From Escherichia phage PHB11: a stretch of 64,000 bases of DNA. The DNA lies in the sequence record MK524176.1. One strand, written 5' to 3'. Made by a program: the position numbers and the translations under genes. Within the stretch, counting starts at the first letter, position 1. Every line of letters begins with the position of its first letter. Shown here one piece after another: positions 1-8,481 of the stretch. A model generated the notes under the pieces. The model saw only the letters and a list, made by a program, of their open reading frames with translations, did no database searches and was not told the origin of the DNA.

Positions 1-735
1 TCTTTAAAATTAACTTGTTAGCTCTTGTTGGTCATCTGTTAAGCCTCTGTAAAGACTATTCAGCACTTGTTAGAAATCTGTTAAGCTCTTGTTAGTTCTG
101 TTAAGAAACTGTTAAGACCTCTGAAGAGATGTTAAGAGGATGTAGTAGCTGTTAAGAGATTGTTAAGGATATTTTAAAATTTTGCAAAGGGATGGTAAGG
201 GAGCTGTTAAGGGCTACCAAGCAGATATACATCCTAGACAGATATTTTTCAGTTCCTTCAAAGACCCTAAAAAACGACTTGATAGTCCTATTTTATAAAA
301 ATTTTAAAATTCTGAATAATTACCTAGACAGTCTTTTAAAAATACAGGCATAAACAGGCTTATAAGATACCTTGTTAGTACCGTGTTAGACCTTGTGAGA
401 TAAGGTCTGTAAAGATATTCCTGTTAAGTTTGTTAAAACAGTCTATATAGAGGCTTAGTAATACCTAGTGAACACCTATAGAGGGTAACATAGCTGACAT
501 AATGGGTTACTGTTAAGTAACACAGATAACCTAGAGATTAAGAGGTGTATAGGGGCTTCTAAGAGGGTGTAGAGTAATGGTTAAGGTGATTGTATAGGTT
601 GTTAAGAAGGCTTGTTAGAAGAGTGTTTAGAAGGGTTATACAGAGGGGCTATTAAGACCACTAGATAGATACTAAGATACTATATAGTACTATATAACTA
701 TATATAGAGAGTAAGCTTAAGAAGGTTGTTAAGAA
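1..735. repeat. Iteron-like array: about 12 TGTTAAG and 7 TTGTTAG heptamers, all in the same orientation, in an ORF-free region (window edge; may extend upstream)
   Basis: Direct reading: TGTTAAG at about 38,79,99,109,130,149,160,203,421,510,600,727; TTGTTAG-type at about 15,67,89,371,383,611,625. No ORF of 60 aa or more on either strand. Confidence 0.7.
676..708. repeat. Three ACTATATA copies at 10-bp spacing (AT-rich, DUE-like)
   Basis: ACTATATA at 679, 689 and 698, next to the heptamer array. Confidence 0.55.
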
Positions 736-800
736 GGGTAGATATTTTATTCACATATGATGGTGACCCATAGGTTGGGACAACCGATAAAATTTTATAA

Positions 801-830
801 AAATTAAAAAGCCCCCCAATTAAGGAGGCT
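801..830 (-). terminator. Rho-independent terminator after the 842..1435 gene
   Basis: Minus-strand reading AGCCTCC-TTAATT-GGGGGGCT (one G-U) followed by TTTTT. Confidence 0.5.
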
Positions 831-841
831 CTTAAGATATT

Positions 842-1435
842 TTAAATCAATGTTTCCAGAACTGTCTTCAGTGATGACTTGGTTGTCTGATAAAAATGAG
901 TGAATCCATTGTTGTTATCGAATACTTGCATCATGATGTCATCTCCCTTGACTGGGTACACTCGGATATCATAGTGAAAACCATTAAAGACACAAGAACC
1001 ACTACAGAATGCTCTAAAGTCATCCACTGAGATATACTCTTCATGTCCTGTGATTTTTATACAAACACCTTTACTCGGTCTCTTAGGGTTGATATCTTCC
1101 ATCACAGACATATTCTGTCCACCAAGAGATACCATAGTGACCACTTTACGGTTCTTCTGTTTAAAGTACATCTTAACTTTCTGTAAAGTATCTTCATAGA
1201 ACGGATAAGACTTCTCTACAAAGATTCCTTCAAGTGGCTCTTTACCATTTCTAACTTCTCTGATATGACGTACTGAGAAGATAAGTTGCTCTAGTATGTC
1301 AAGGCTTTCTTTAGATAGTGCTTCCCGAACATCAGCCAAATCAAGGACTAGGTAGTTGCCTTCAACTTCTTTCAAGTTATCTTTTTCCATAGCTATCACA
1401 CCATTATCGTAAAACTTGGTAATCCGGTACTGCAA
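842..1435 (-). CDS. Hypothetical protein (may be the C-terminal part of one gene with 1404..1718, or start at an internal ATG near 1390)
   Basis: 197-aa ORF; the ORF-track start is TTG; an internal ATG with a GGTG SD-like sequence lies at about 1390. Confidence 0.45.
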   Translation of the reverse strand: MQYRITKFYDNGVIAMEKDNLKEVEGNYLVLDLADVREALSKESLDILEQLIFSVRHIREVRNGKEPLEGIFVEKSYPFYEDTLQKVKMYFKQKNRKVVTMVSLGGQNMSVMEDINPKRPSKGVCIKITGHEEYISVDDFRAFCSGSCVFNGFHYDIRVYPVKGDDIMMQVFDNNNGFTHFYQTTKSSLKTVLETLI

Positions 1436-1718
1436 ACTTGTTGTTGTTGTTCTTAATGAGGTCTTCTTCTGTTACTAAGAATGTGAGACCACACAAGTGT
1501 GTATATCTGCTATCATACTCAAATATTTTAAGTAAGTATTTACCATCATGGTAAACAAATTCTACTACACCTTTTGCAACAATCTTTCCAGTCTTGAAAT
1601 CTTTAAGAGGGTATACATTACCAACTTTAGGAACTGTTTTCATCTCAGGTTCTTTCAGTTTCTCACCAGCTTCTACATCACCTAGTAAGTGAGAACTCTC
1701 AAATGCTACATATTGCAT
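1404..1718 (-). CDS. Hypothetical protein (overlaps 842..1435 in a different frame at an AAC repeat)
   Basis: 104-aa ORF ending in an NNNNK run encoded by (AAC)4. Confidence 0.45.
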   Translation of the reverse strand: MQYVAFESSHLLGDVEAGEKLKEPEMKTVPKVGNVYPLKDFKTGKIVAKGVVEFVYHDGKYLLKIFEYDSRYTHLCGLTFLVTEEDLIKNNNNKFAVPDYQVLR

Positions 1719-1857
1719 ATAAGCTTCTTAGCATTCCCAAATAAAACAATGTACAAGAACCTTAGCAGCATGTCTTGAACAGTTCAACTCATCACAGATT
1801 TCTTTGTACATTTCATCTTTAGTTGAATTGGTAAGCATTGATTTTCGAACTGTTTCT

Positions 1858-2286
1858 TTAATTTTCATAAGCTCTCCGAATAACCCTATTAAGCATCTCT
1901 AAAGTCAGCTTTCCAGACTCTAAATGTGGCATAACAAGCTTTAAAGCTTTTTCAACATCATGCACAACATCTATTATACCTTCTTCATAGGCTTCTACAA
2001 GGATATCTTTTACGTTTTGTTGGTTATCTTTTTGTGGTATTGCTAGACGCATATCAAACTCATTTGCTTGGGGATGGTTCTTACCTTGCCAATAACCATC
2101 TTTGTTAAAGCTGATGTAGTCACCGTGGTAAAAGTGTACACCATTAGCTTTAAACTTCTCCAGCACAAGGCATTGAATTGGGTATTCAGTATTCCACTCC
2201 CTGACTCCTATAACCTTCACTGTTGCGATGTACTCCTGTGTTTTTGCATCTATGATGTCAAGTTCTTGACCAGCTATGATTTGCAT
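1858..2286 (-). CDS. Hypothetical protein
   Basis: 142-aa ORF in a co-oriented tightly packed cluster. Confidence 0.5.
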   Translation of the reverse strand: MQIIAGQELDIIDAKTQEYIATVKVIGVREWNTEYPIQCLVLEKFKANGVHFYHGDYISFNKDGYWQGKNHPQANEFDMRLAIPQKDNQQNVKDILVEAYEEGIIDVVHDVEKALKLVMPHLESGKLTLEMLNRVIRRAYEN

Positions 2287-2340
2287 ATTCGCTACCTTCT
2301 AAGTTTCTACAAAGGGGCTATCAAGTAACCCCTCAAGTTA

Positions 2341-2565
2341 TTACTCAGACTTTTCAGTCTTCTTGTCGGATTTCTTACTAGTCTTCTTCTCAGCTTTCTG
2401 CTCAGGTTCCTTCTCAGAAGTTACCTTGATAACCATATCAAGAAGCTCTGATAGGTCACTCTTCAGCAGAGTAACAGGCTGCTCATTGTAGAAGTTTTTG
2501 TCAAGATAAACTTTGAACTCTTCTATAGAGGGAAATCCAAAAATTGGTACAGGTGTCTTAATCAT
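2341..2565 (-). CDS. Hypothetical protein, lysine-rich C-terminus
   Basis: 74-aa ORF. Confidence 0.4.
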   Translation of the reverse strand: MIKTPVPIFGFPSIEEFKVYLDKNFYNEQPVTLLKSDLSELLDMVIKVTSEKEPEQKAEKKTSKKSDKKTEKSE

Positions 2566-2641
2566 TACTTAGTTTCTCCATAGGCATCTTTTAAGATTGC
2601 CTTATTAATCATTTCAGCGATTGCAAAACGAACACATACGG

Positions 2642-3175
2642 CTATAATTGTAGGTTGCATTCTTTACTTACCTCTTCAAGCTTAACCTCAGAGTCCTTGA
2701 GTCGTTTCTTATGAACTCTGAATCTCATTAGTGCGATGATGATACCAACTAAAGGAACAGCATACAAGTACCAAACATCATATACCTTTGTAGTAATCTG
2801 TGTAATGGTCAAATCTTGAGCTATGGAACTGATTGCTGATACTGCCAGTAATGTTGCTAAGAAAAATGCCAGTACCATTACTGTACTTAAACAACCTCTG
2901 GCATGGTGTTCATGCTTAATACACTTATTCTTTTCGTCAACAACCCTGTTGTAGTCGTTTGTAAAGTCTCTGTAGAAAGCTTTCAAGTATTCTTTATTGT
3001 AGCCTTCAAAGCAACCTGTACCGTACCAATAATCACCGCCGAAATGTGCTATGATACCAGTTTCTCCGTTTGGTTTAGTTACTCTCAAAGATGTGTGATG
3101 ACGAGTATCTTGATAGTCTATTTTGTATCTTTCTTCGTAAATCATTTTCCAACCCCTCTCAATCGTTTGTTCCAC
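2642..3175 (-). CDS. Hypothetical membrane protein
   Basis: 177-aa ORF with hydrophobic segments (LAFFLATLLAVSAISSIA, AVPLVGIIIAL). Confidence 0.5.
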   Translation of the reverse strand: MEQTIERGWKMIYEERYKIDYQDTRHHTSLRVTKPNGETGIIAHFGGDYWYGTGCFEGYNKEYLKAFYRDFTNDYNRVVDEKNKCIKHEHHARGCLSTVMVLAFFLATLLAVSAISSIAQDLTITQITTKVYDVWYLYAVPLVGIIIALMRFRVHKKRLKDSEVKLEEVSKECNLQL

Positions 3176-3360
3176 TCAAGGTCAACAAGTCTTTGTAGGA
3201 CTTTCCCTCTAGGTGTTACACCTTTTAAATCCGCATCGTAACAATGGTAAAAGTCACCTTCAGCGTGTTTACCATAGCATTTCCTGATATTCTGACTTCT
3301 ACGATACTGCTCTAGTAGGGATAGTCTGTAGTAATCTTCAACTGTAGTTAGTTTTTTCAT
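3142..3360 (-). CDS. Hypothetical protein
   Basis: 72-aa ORF overlapping its neighbour. Confidence 0.4.
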   Translation of the reverse strand: MKKLTTVEDYYRLSLLEQYRRSQNIRKCYGKHAEGDFYHCYDADLKGVTPRGKVLQRLVDLEWNKRLRGVGK

Positions 3361-3385
3361 TCTTTCACCACGAATCCTTTTAAGA

Positions 3386-3418
3386 AACTAAAAAGGGAAC
3401 TACCTCTCGATAGCTCCC
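3386..3418 (-). terminator. Candidate terminator hairpin
   Basis: Imperfect inverted repeat GGGAACTA/TAGCTCCC followed by T-run on the minus strand. Confidence 0.35.
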
Positions 3419-3443
3419 ATCATAGTTAACATTGTATACTCGG

Positions 3444-4025
3444 TCAAGAGTATTTTTTAGGCAGTAATGCACTACGCTTGTTGCTCTCTTCGCTCAATAG
3501 TGCGATAAACTCATCACCTTTCCCTTTCCACGGGCTGAATGTAGGGATGTGCTCTCTGATAGCCTCAATCACTGTTTTCAGGGCGTTGTTCTTTAACCAC
3601 CAATCAGACACTGCCGAAGCTACAATATAGTAAGCACCGTCATCTGTGAAGATTGGCTCAGAGATACATGGTGAAATCATAGTGGTAATGATAGAGCCAT
3701 TATTCATGTAGTATGTTCTTTTTTCAACCTTGTCAAGAAGTTTATGAAGGTCTGCAAAGAGACTTACCACCTCTTTATGGTCAATATCCTTTTCAAGATT
3801 TGCCCTGTATTTCAATAGTGCAGCATCAACCTCTTTATCATTGAATTTGAAGTATTGGACTTCTTCATTCACACATACACTGATATTGTTGGTGTTTATC
3901 GTCAATTTGCACAGTTTGACTGGAGAGTTGATGTTGGTCTGGAAAAGTGCTACACAGCCTTCTACATTCCCGAAATGTTTGACTAGTGTAACTTCTGGTT
4001 GAATGTGCTCATGTTCTTCGGACAT
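3444..4025 (-). CDS. Hypothetical protein
   Basis: 193-aa ORF. Confidence 0.5.
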   Translation of the reverse strand: MSEEHEHIQPEVTLVKHFGNVEGCVALFQTNINSPVKLCKLTINTNNISVCVNEEVQYFKFNDKEVDAALLKYRANLEKDIDHKEVVSLFADLHKLLDKVEKRTYYMNNGSIITTMISPCISEPIFTDDGAYYIVASAVSDWWLKNNALKTVIEAIREHIPTFSPWKGKGDEFIALLSEESNKRSALLPKKYS

Positions 4026-4369
4026 TACAGTTTCCTCATTAAATACTTTTTAAGTTGTGTGTTAGGTTTCTCAAAAACTTCTATAGAAGATATCTTGACA
4101 GACTCACCACGCATACCTGTATGCTTGAATATATAATACTCTAACATCCCTATGTACTTTGCTGGTAAGTCATATTTGACGTACACTGTTACAGAATCTT
4201 CAAATTCAACAACCTTTGTACCATCTTTGTAGTTAAACTCTTTAGGATGGTTGTAATTGTCGATGTCGTACATTAAAAAGAGTCTTTTACGCTGCATATC
4301 TAGCTTATTGGTTAAAGACTCTTTGATGTCTGAGAAGTTTTTGTAGACTATGACATGGAGCTTACTCAT
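4025..4369 (-). CDS. Hypothetical protein
   Basis: 114-aa ORF, start overlaps upstream stop. Confidence 0.5.
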   Translation of the reverse strand: MSKLHVIVYKNFSDIKESLTNKLDMQRKRLFLMYDIDNYNHPKEFNYKDGTKVVEFEDSVTVYVKYDLPAKYIGMLEYYIFKHTGMRGESVKISSIEVFEKPNTQLKKYLMRKL

Positions 4370-4655
4370 CGTTAAACTCTCTGACGAAGAAATAGTTGAC
4401 TTTATTATTACCTACCATAAGGTCAAAGCAGGTATTCTCAAAAGGTTTGTTGTAGGCATCATATGAAGTGTACGTATCAGCTACTTGTTTAGTGTTGAGC
4501 TTTTTACTTGATGGATTTAAGAGGCCACCATACAGTTTCTTGATAGCCTCTTCTACAACAGACCAGATGATTTCGTCAGTAATTTCTTCGTACAGGTCAA
4601 GTTCACGCTCTAGTGAGAAGTCACAAATAGGGAAAATAACCTGTACTTTACTCAT
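4362..4655 (-). CDS. Hypothetical protein
   Basis: 97-aa ORF. Confidence 0.45.
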   Translation of the reverse strand: MSKVQVIFPICDFSLERELDLYEEITDEIIWSVVEEAIKKLYGGLLNPSSKKLNTKQVADTYTSYDAYNKPFENTCFDLMVGNNKVNYFFVREFNDE

Positions 4656-5065
4656 TAACGAATAACCTGTGTGACTTGAATTGCTTCAGTTACGGACAAA
4701 TCACCTACTTTCTCTTCTTTGATAAAAGTGAAGGTGAGTTCAACAGGTTCTTCCTCTTCTTCTTCTTCTTCTTCTTGCTCAACTGGAACACCATTAAGCT
4801 CATCAAAGATTGATTGGGTTGTCCAGTCTTCACCACCATCTGGGTAGTGGATTGCGTAAAGTGGAAACTCTAAATTATACCAAGCAAAAACAGGGCAACC
4901 ATCTGCATCATCTCGACATCTGTGGAGATATGTGTTTGTGCCTTCAAAATGCAAATGGAGATTACCATTCTTCTCAAAGAGAAGAGCATCTTGCAGGTCT
5001 AGTTCCTCATTTTTGCTGTAACGGCTGACATCAACTTTAACGTGAATATGACTGTTATTATTCAT
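4655..5065 (-). CDS. Hypothetical protein with a poly-Glu tract
   Basis: 136-aa ORF containing EEEEEEEEEP. Confidence 0.5.
   Translation of the reverse strand: MNNNSHIHVKVDVSRYSKNEELDLQDALLFEKNGNLHLHFEGTNTYLHRCRDDADGCPVFAWYNLEFPLYAIHYPDGGEDWTTQSIFDELNGVPVEQEEEEEEEEEPVELTFTFIKEEKVGDLSVTEAIQVTQVIR
4749..4774. repeat. Trinucleotide repeat (CTT)n on plus, GAA on the coding strand
   Basis: TCTTCCTCTTCTTCTTCTTCTTCTTG read directly; encodes the poly-Glu run. Confidence 0.8.
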
Positions 5066-5456
5066 AAAAACCTCTCTCTGCTTGTTCGATTTTCGCTTTT
5101 AGAACTTCACACCGTTCAATGTGATATCTGGCTTCATTCTCATGTGTCGCCAAAGTTCTTTCAAGAATGGTTTTATAGTAACCTGCAAGCTGCTCTCTTG
5201 TCAATGGGTTCTCTGAAATAATATCGAGACCACTTTCACCCAGAGTATTAAACTGCCCATGTTCATTTACATGATAAGTCTCAAACTTGAATAAACCGTT
5301 ATTAGCAGCCTCAATAGGTGAGAGTTCAACCAACTCAACGGTGAACATTGTATGCACCCTATCACCAACTGTAACAATGTTACTCCCAATGATGCGTACA
5401 AGCGAACCATTACGAGTGTACTTAAAAGTCCCAAAGTCACTAGCCCAAAGCTTCAT
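5058..5456 (-). CDS. Hypothetical protein
   Basis: 132-aa ORF. Confidence 0.5.
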   Translation of the reverse strand: MKLWASDFGTFKYTRNGSLVRIIGSNIVTVGDRVHTMFTVELVELSPIEAANNGLFKFETYHVNEHGQFNTLGESGLDIISENPLTREQLAGYYKTILERTLATHENEARYHIERCEVLKAKIEQAERGFYE

Positions 5457-5469
5457 AGTTTTCTCCTTA

Positions 5470-5498
5470 GAAAATAAAAAAGGCTCCCGAAGGAGCCT
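5470..5498 (-). terminator. Rho-independent terminator between the endolysin gene and 5058..5456
   Basis: AGGCTCC-CGAA-GGAGCCT hairpin with a T-run on the minus strand. Confidence 0.55.
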
Positions 5499-5507
5499 AT
5501 GAAGATA

Positions 5508-5972
5508 TTACTTTGGGTATACACTGTCAAGATAAATGTCAGCTTCCATTCTACGTCTGTTTTTCAGACCGTTTGAAGTGACCTTCTTACCTTTGACTGT
5601 AACCTTGTTCCACCACTGCATAGCTTCTGCACAACCTACCTTATTACCAGCATTGTGTCGCTTGATAAATGTAGAATCCTGCATAGCTGTGATACCGATG
5701 TTGTATGTTTCACTTACAAGTGCATCGAACTCATTCTGAGAGGTTGGAACCTTGATAGCTTTGTTCACTGCTGCAACAAACTTTTCAACATCTGCGAGAA
5801 GATACTGTTCAGCTTGCTCAGCAGTAATTTTCATACCCATCTTAACAGGTTTTCCGTCAATACGGATTGTACCATACCCGATTGTTGGGATTCCGGCAGA
5901 GTCTTCGTAAGCCTCTAACTTGAGACCTTCAAAGAACTTGATAGCTTCTAAACCTTTTCTTGAGAGTTGCAT
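5508..5972 (-). CDS. Endolysin, GH24 lysozyme family (T4 lysozyme / lambda R-like)
   Basis: N-terminal FEGLKLEAYEDSAGIPTIGYGT pattern with catalytic Glu, typical of GH24 phage lysozymes; 154 aa. Confidence 0.8.
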   Translation of the reverse strand: MQLSRKGLEAIKFFEGLKLEAYEDSAGIPTIGYGTIRIDGKPVKMGMKITAEQAEQYLLADVEKFVAAVNKAIKVPTSQNEFDALVSETYNIGITAMQDSTFIKRHNAGNKVGCAEAMQWWNKVTVKGKKVTSNGLKNRRRMEADIYLDSVYPK

Positions 5973-6856
5973 TATGCCTCCCCTGCTGGGTTAACTGTAA
6001 CTGTTGCCGCATTAGATGTCACAGAGCCACCTGCACCAGTAACTACACAGGTGTAGCTTCCTGAATCAGCAGTTGTTGCACCTTCTTTGGTGTAAGTCGC
6101 AGCAGTTGCGTCTGGGATGACTTCCTCACCTTTCTTCCACTGGTAACCTGTTGCACCAGTAGCTACAACACTTAGTGTCAAGGTAGCACCTTCAGTGATT
6201 TCTTGATTGGCTGGTTGTTGAGTGATAACTGGCAAAGCATTCACGGTTACTGTTGCTGCGTCTGAGGTGACACTTGTCCCGCCCTCTCCAGATACAACGC
6301 AAGTGTATGAACCAGCATCAGAAGGAGCTACCGACTGTTTTGTGTAAGTTGCAGAAGTGGCACTGGAGATGTCCTCACCATCTTTCTTCCACTGATAACC
6401 AGTGGCATTAGATGCAACAACACTCAGAGTGAGCGTTCCACCTTCATTGACTGTTTGGTTTGTTGGTTGCTGAGTGATTGATGGTGGTGTGATGGCATCT
6501 TTCAACTTAGCATTCAGCATTGAGAAAGGTTTAACTCTTGCCAGCCATTCACAGTAAATTGTGTCAACATCTTTACCGTTGATGATTGCATACTGTAAAT
6601 CCATGAAGAAATCAGCAGTTCTCATCTGTGCACCAACACTGTAAAGGAGTTCATCACTAAAAGGAACTTTGTAGTCTGGTTTGTAGTCAAACTTCTTAAC
6701 TTCTGCGATATCAGCTTCAGGCCAATATGAGCTATAGGTGAGTGGTAAAATAGCTTCTTGATATGTTCTAAAATCATATCTCTTACCAGCCTTTACATTT
6801 GCGATGAAGCCCTTCACAAATTCTTTGAAGTCTGGGTAAGTCTTTGCTTTAATCAT
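5972..6856 (-). CDS. Protein with two C-terminal tandem Ig-like domains
   Basis: Two approx 84-aa repeats with TLTLSVVA..TGYQWKK..YTCVV..ATVTVN pattern; N-terminal domain paralogous to 6853..7224. Confidence 0.6.
   Translation of the reverse strand: MIKAKTYPDFKEFVKGFIANVKAGKRYDFRTYQEAILPLTYSSYWPEADIAEVKKFDYKPDYKVPFSDELLYSVGAQMRTADFFMDLQYAIINGKDVDTIYCEWLARVKPFSMLNAKLKDAITPPSITQQPTNQTVNEGGTLTLSVVASNATGYQWKKDGEDISSATSATYTKQSVAPSDAGSYTCVVSGEGGTSVTSDAATVTVNALPVITQQPANQEITEGATLTLSVVATGATGYQWKKGEEVIPDATAATYTKEGATTADSGSYTCVVTGAGGSVTSNAATVTVNPAGEA
5975..6481. repeat. Tandem duplication of about 250 bp encoding the two Ig-like domains
   Basis: Two diverged near-identical DNA units visible by eye. Confidence 0.6.
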
Positions 6857-7224
6857 TTCTTTTTAGCCTCTAAACGTGCGTTTAATCTAAAATAGCCTTT
6901 ATGTTGTGGAGACACATCACCAACAACGATACCTTCAACTTTATAACCTTTACCGATTACATACTGGATATCCATAAGAAATGTACCAAGTCCTACAATG
7001 TGGAACATTGGGTATAATAACTTATCTGAATCTGGGAGATTAATATCTGGGTTGTAGGTAGGTTGTTTACTAGTAGGTGTAATATCTTCTTCAGGCCATT
7101 TACTTAGTCTCCATGTCAAAGGTGTTGGGATAACATCATTAAGATTGTACCTCCCACCATTCTCCACGGAATGGATATAGGATTGTAGGAAGCAATAAAA
7201 GTCTTTTGCACTCTTAGCCTTCAT
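6853..7224 (-). CDS. Hypothetical protein, paralog of the N-terminal domain of 5972..6856
   Basis: 123-aa ORF; shared motifs (GKRY, WPE.DI, KLLY) with its neighbour. Confidence 0.5.
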   Translation of the reverse strand: MKAKSAKDFYCFLQSYIHSVENGGRYNLNDVIPTPLTWRLSKWPEEDITPTSKQPTYNPDINLPDSDKLLYPMFHIVGLGTFLMDIQYVIGKGYKVEGIVVGDVSPQHKGYFRLNARLEAKKK

Positions 7225-7237
7225 TAAATATCCTTAT

Positions 7238-7263
7238 AAATAGATAAAGGGGCATTAGCCCCT
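7238..7263 (-). terminator. Candidate terminator hairpin
   Basis: AGGGGC-ATTA-GCCCCT with a T-rich run on the minus strand. Confidence 0.45.
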
Positions 7264-7271
7264 GTTTATAC

Positions 7272-7862
7272 TTAAGCTTTGGTCTTAAGTAGGTTCTTAA
7301 GTTTTTTGAGATTCATGCTCTCGTCAAACTTAAAACCAAATCCATTGACATAATCAATGAACTCGGATTTCTTACTGAGTGATAGCGCGTAACTCATATC
7401 AAAGTTATTACTTGTTTCTGCGTCTGGACTAGAGTTCACATCAAATGAAATTTCTGTAGGCTCTTGCTTGCTACTTCTCATATTATCAATTAATAGGCAT
7501 GTATAGTTCGCTGGATAGAAGTTTGCACTACCATCAACATACCCATACTTATTGTTGTGAATAAGGTTTGAAAATACCTTAAGAAATGTTTCTGAGTCGT
7601 GGCATACAAGTTTGAATTGACTGCACTCTCCAAGAGCCACTAGAGAGTAAGGACTTTCACTATCAATGTCATAGTTTGGATTTAATGCTGTAACCGTCAC
7701 ACGCATCAAGTTATTAGCAATAGTCTTCTGTTTAAAAGAATTTGGGACATAGTGAAGACCTCTATCACACTGATTAACTAACTCTTTAAGTAGGTCATTT
7801 GCATATGGTGAATTAATTGATACAGAGCCGTCACTATTGTAATTAAAACTTACTGTTAACAT
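7272..7862 (-). CDS. Hypothetical protein
   Basis: 196-aa ORF. Confidence 0.5.
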   Translation of the reverse strand: MLTVSFNYNSDGSVSINSPYANDLLKELVNQCDRGLHYVPNSFKQKTIANNLMRVTVTALNPNYDIDSESPYSLVALGECSQFKLVCHDSETFLKVFSNLIHNNKYGYVDGSANFYPANYTCLLIDNMRSSKQEPTEISFDVNSSPDAETSNNFDMSYALSLSKKSEFIDYVNGFGFKFDESMNLKKLKNLLKTKA

Positions 7863-8089
7863 TTTTCAGTTCTCCTGCGATTTATGATTTTGCTGCAATA
7901 GAGAAACGAAGTAAACTCACTGGAAGAAACCATTAAGTGTTGTTCACTAGACTGAGCCATTGCCCTGAAATACATTCCAGTCAAAGCATCGTAGTGACTA
8001 TTCTTTCCAATTGAGGTTATATAGCCATGACTCTTTGCAGTTTGATATAAATCTATAATATCTGCGATTTCTAATTGGGAACTACACAT
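7856..8089 (-). CDS. Hypothetical protein
   Basis: 77-aa ORF. Confidence 0.4.
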   Translation of the reverse strand: MCSSQLEIADIIDLYQTAKSHGYITSIGKNSHYDALTGMYFRAMAQSSEQHLMVSSSEFTSFLYCSKIINRRRTEKC

Positions 8090-8253
8090 AGATAATCCTC
8101 TTGTCTTCTGTAATTTTGAAAGAACAGGTACAGACCAATTTCAGAGGACGAATAGTAGAGTAACTCTACCCTTTTTGATTCCTTACAGTGATTGGTATTT
8201 TTACCTTTCTTCGGGTTGTTTGATTTTCTCATTAAGTCTCCTTTGTAGAACAA
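8071..8253 (-). CDS. Hypothetical small protein
   Basis: 60-aa ORF, first gene of the minus cluster; weak. Confidence 0.3.
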   Translation of the reverse strand: MFYKGDLMRKSNNPKKGKNTNHCKESKRVELLYYSSSEIGLYLFFQNYRRQEDYLCVVPN

Positions 8254-8330
8254 GGCAGACCTACAGCTTTAAGTAAGATGGTACAGTAATCCATACAACA
8301 AGTCAAGAACTATTGCAAGTTAAAAAAGTT

Positions 8331-8355
8331 GTTGACAAAGTACTTGACAAGGTGT
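8331..8355. promoter_or_regulatory. Conserved 25-bp block with two direct TTGACAA copies 12 bp apart in a divergent intergenic region
   Basis: GTTGACAAAGTACTTGACAAGGTGT; 24/25 identical to 50463..50487; no good -10 at 17 bp from either TTGACA. Confidence 0.5.
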
Positions 8356-8481
8356 AGGCTTATAAATACTTAGAAGATAACTTAAAAGGTTCCTCTAAAA
8401 AGGCTATTTAAACAGATATCTTTCTGGATATCTATCTTTTATCTTAAAAGCCTTTTAAGAGGTCTTATAAGAGGCATACCA

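Noticed and set aside
1-735. Possibility that the heptamer array or the tRNA-region repeats are a CRISPR array
   Set aside because: Repeats are 7 nt, irregularly spaced and degenerate; no 25-40-nt direct repeats with uniform spacers anywhere in the window.
2068-5918. Plus-strand ORFs of 60-112 aa embedded in the minus-strand early cluster (2068..2328, 2903..3241, 4468..4665, 4810..5028, 5287..5502, 5536..5739, 5655..5918)
   Set aside because: All are antisense to longer co-oriented minus-strand ORFs with better coding features; hydrophobic or low-complexity translations.
8254-8481. Lysogeny module (integrase, CI-like repressor, attP) in the divergent intergenic regions
   Set aside because: No integrase or recombinase-like ORF anywhere in the window; gene content is that of a virulent phage. 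The HTH protein at 42671..43000 alone is insufficient.
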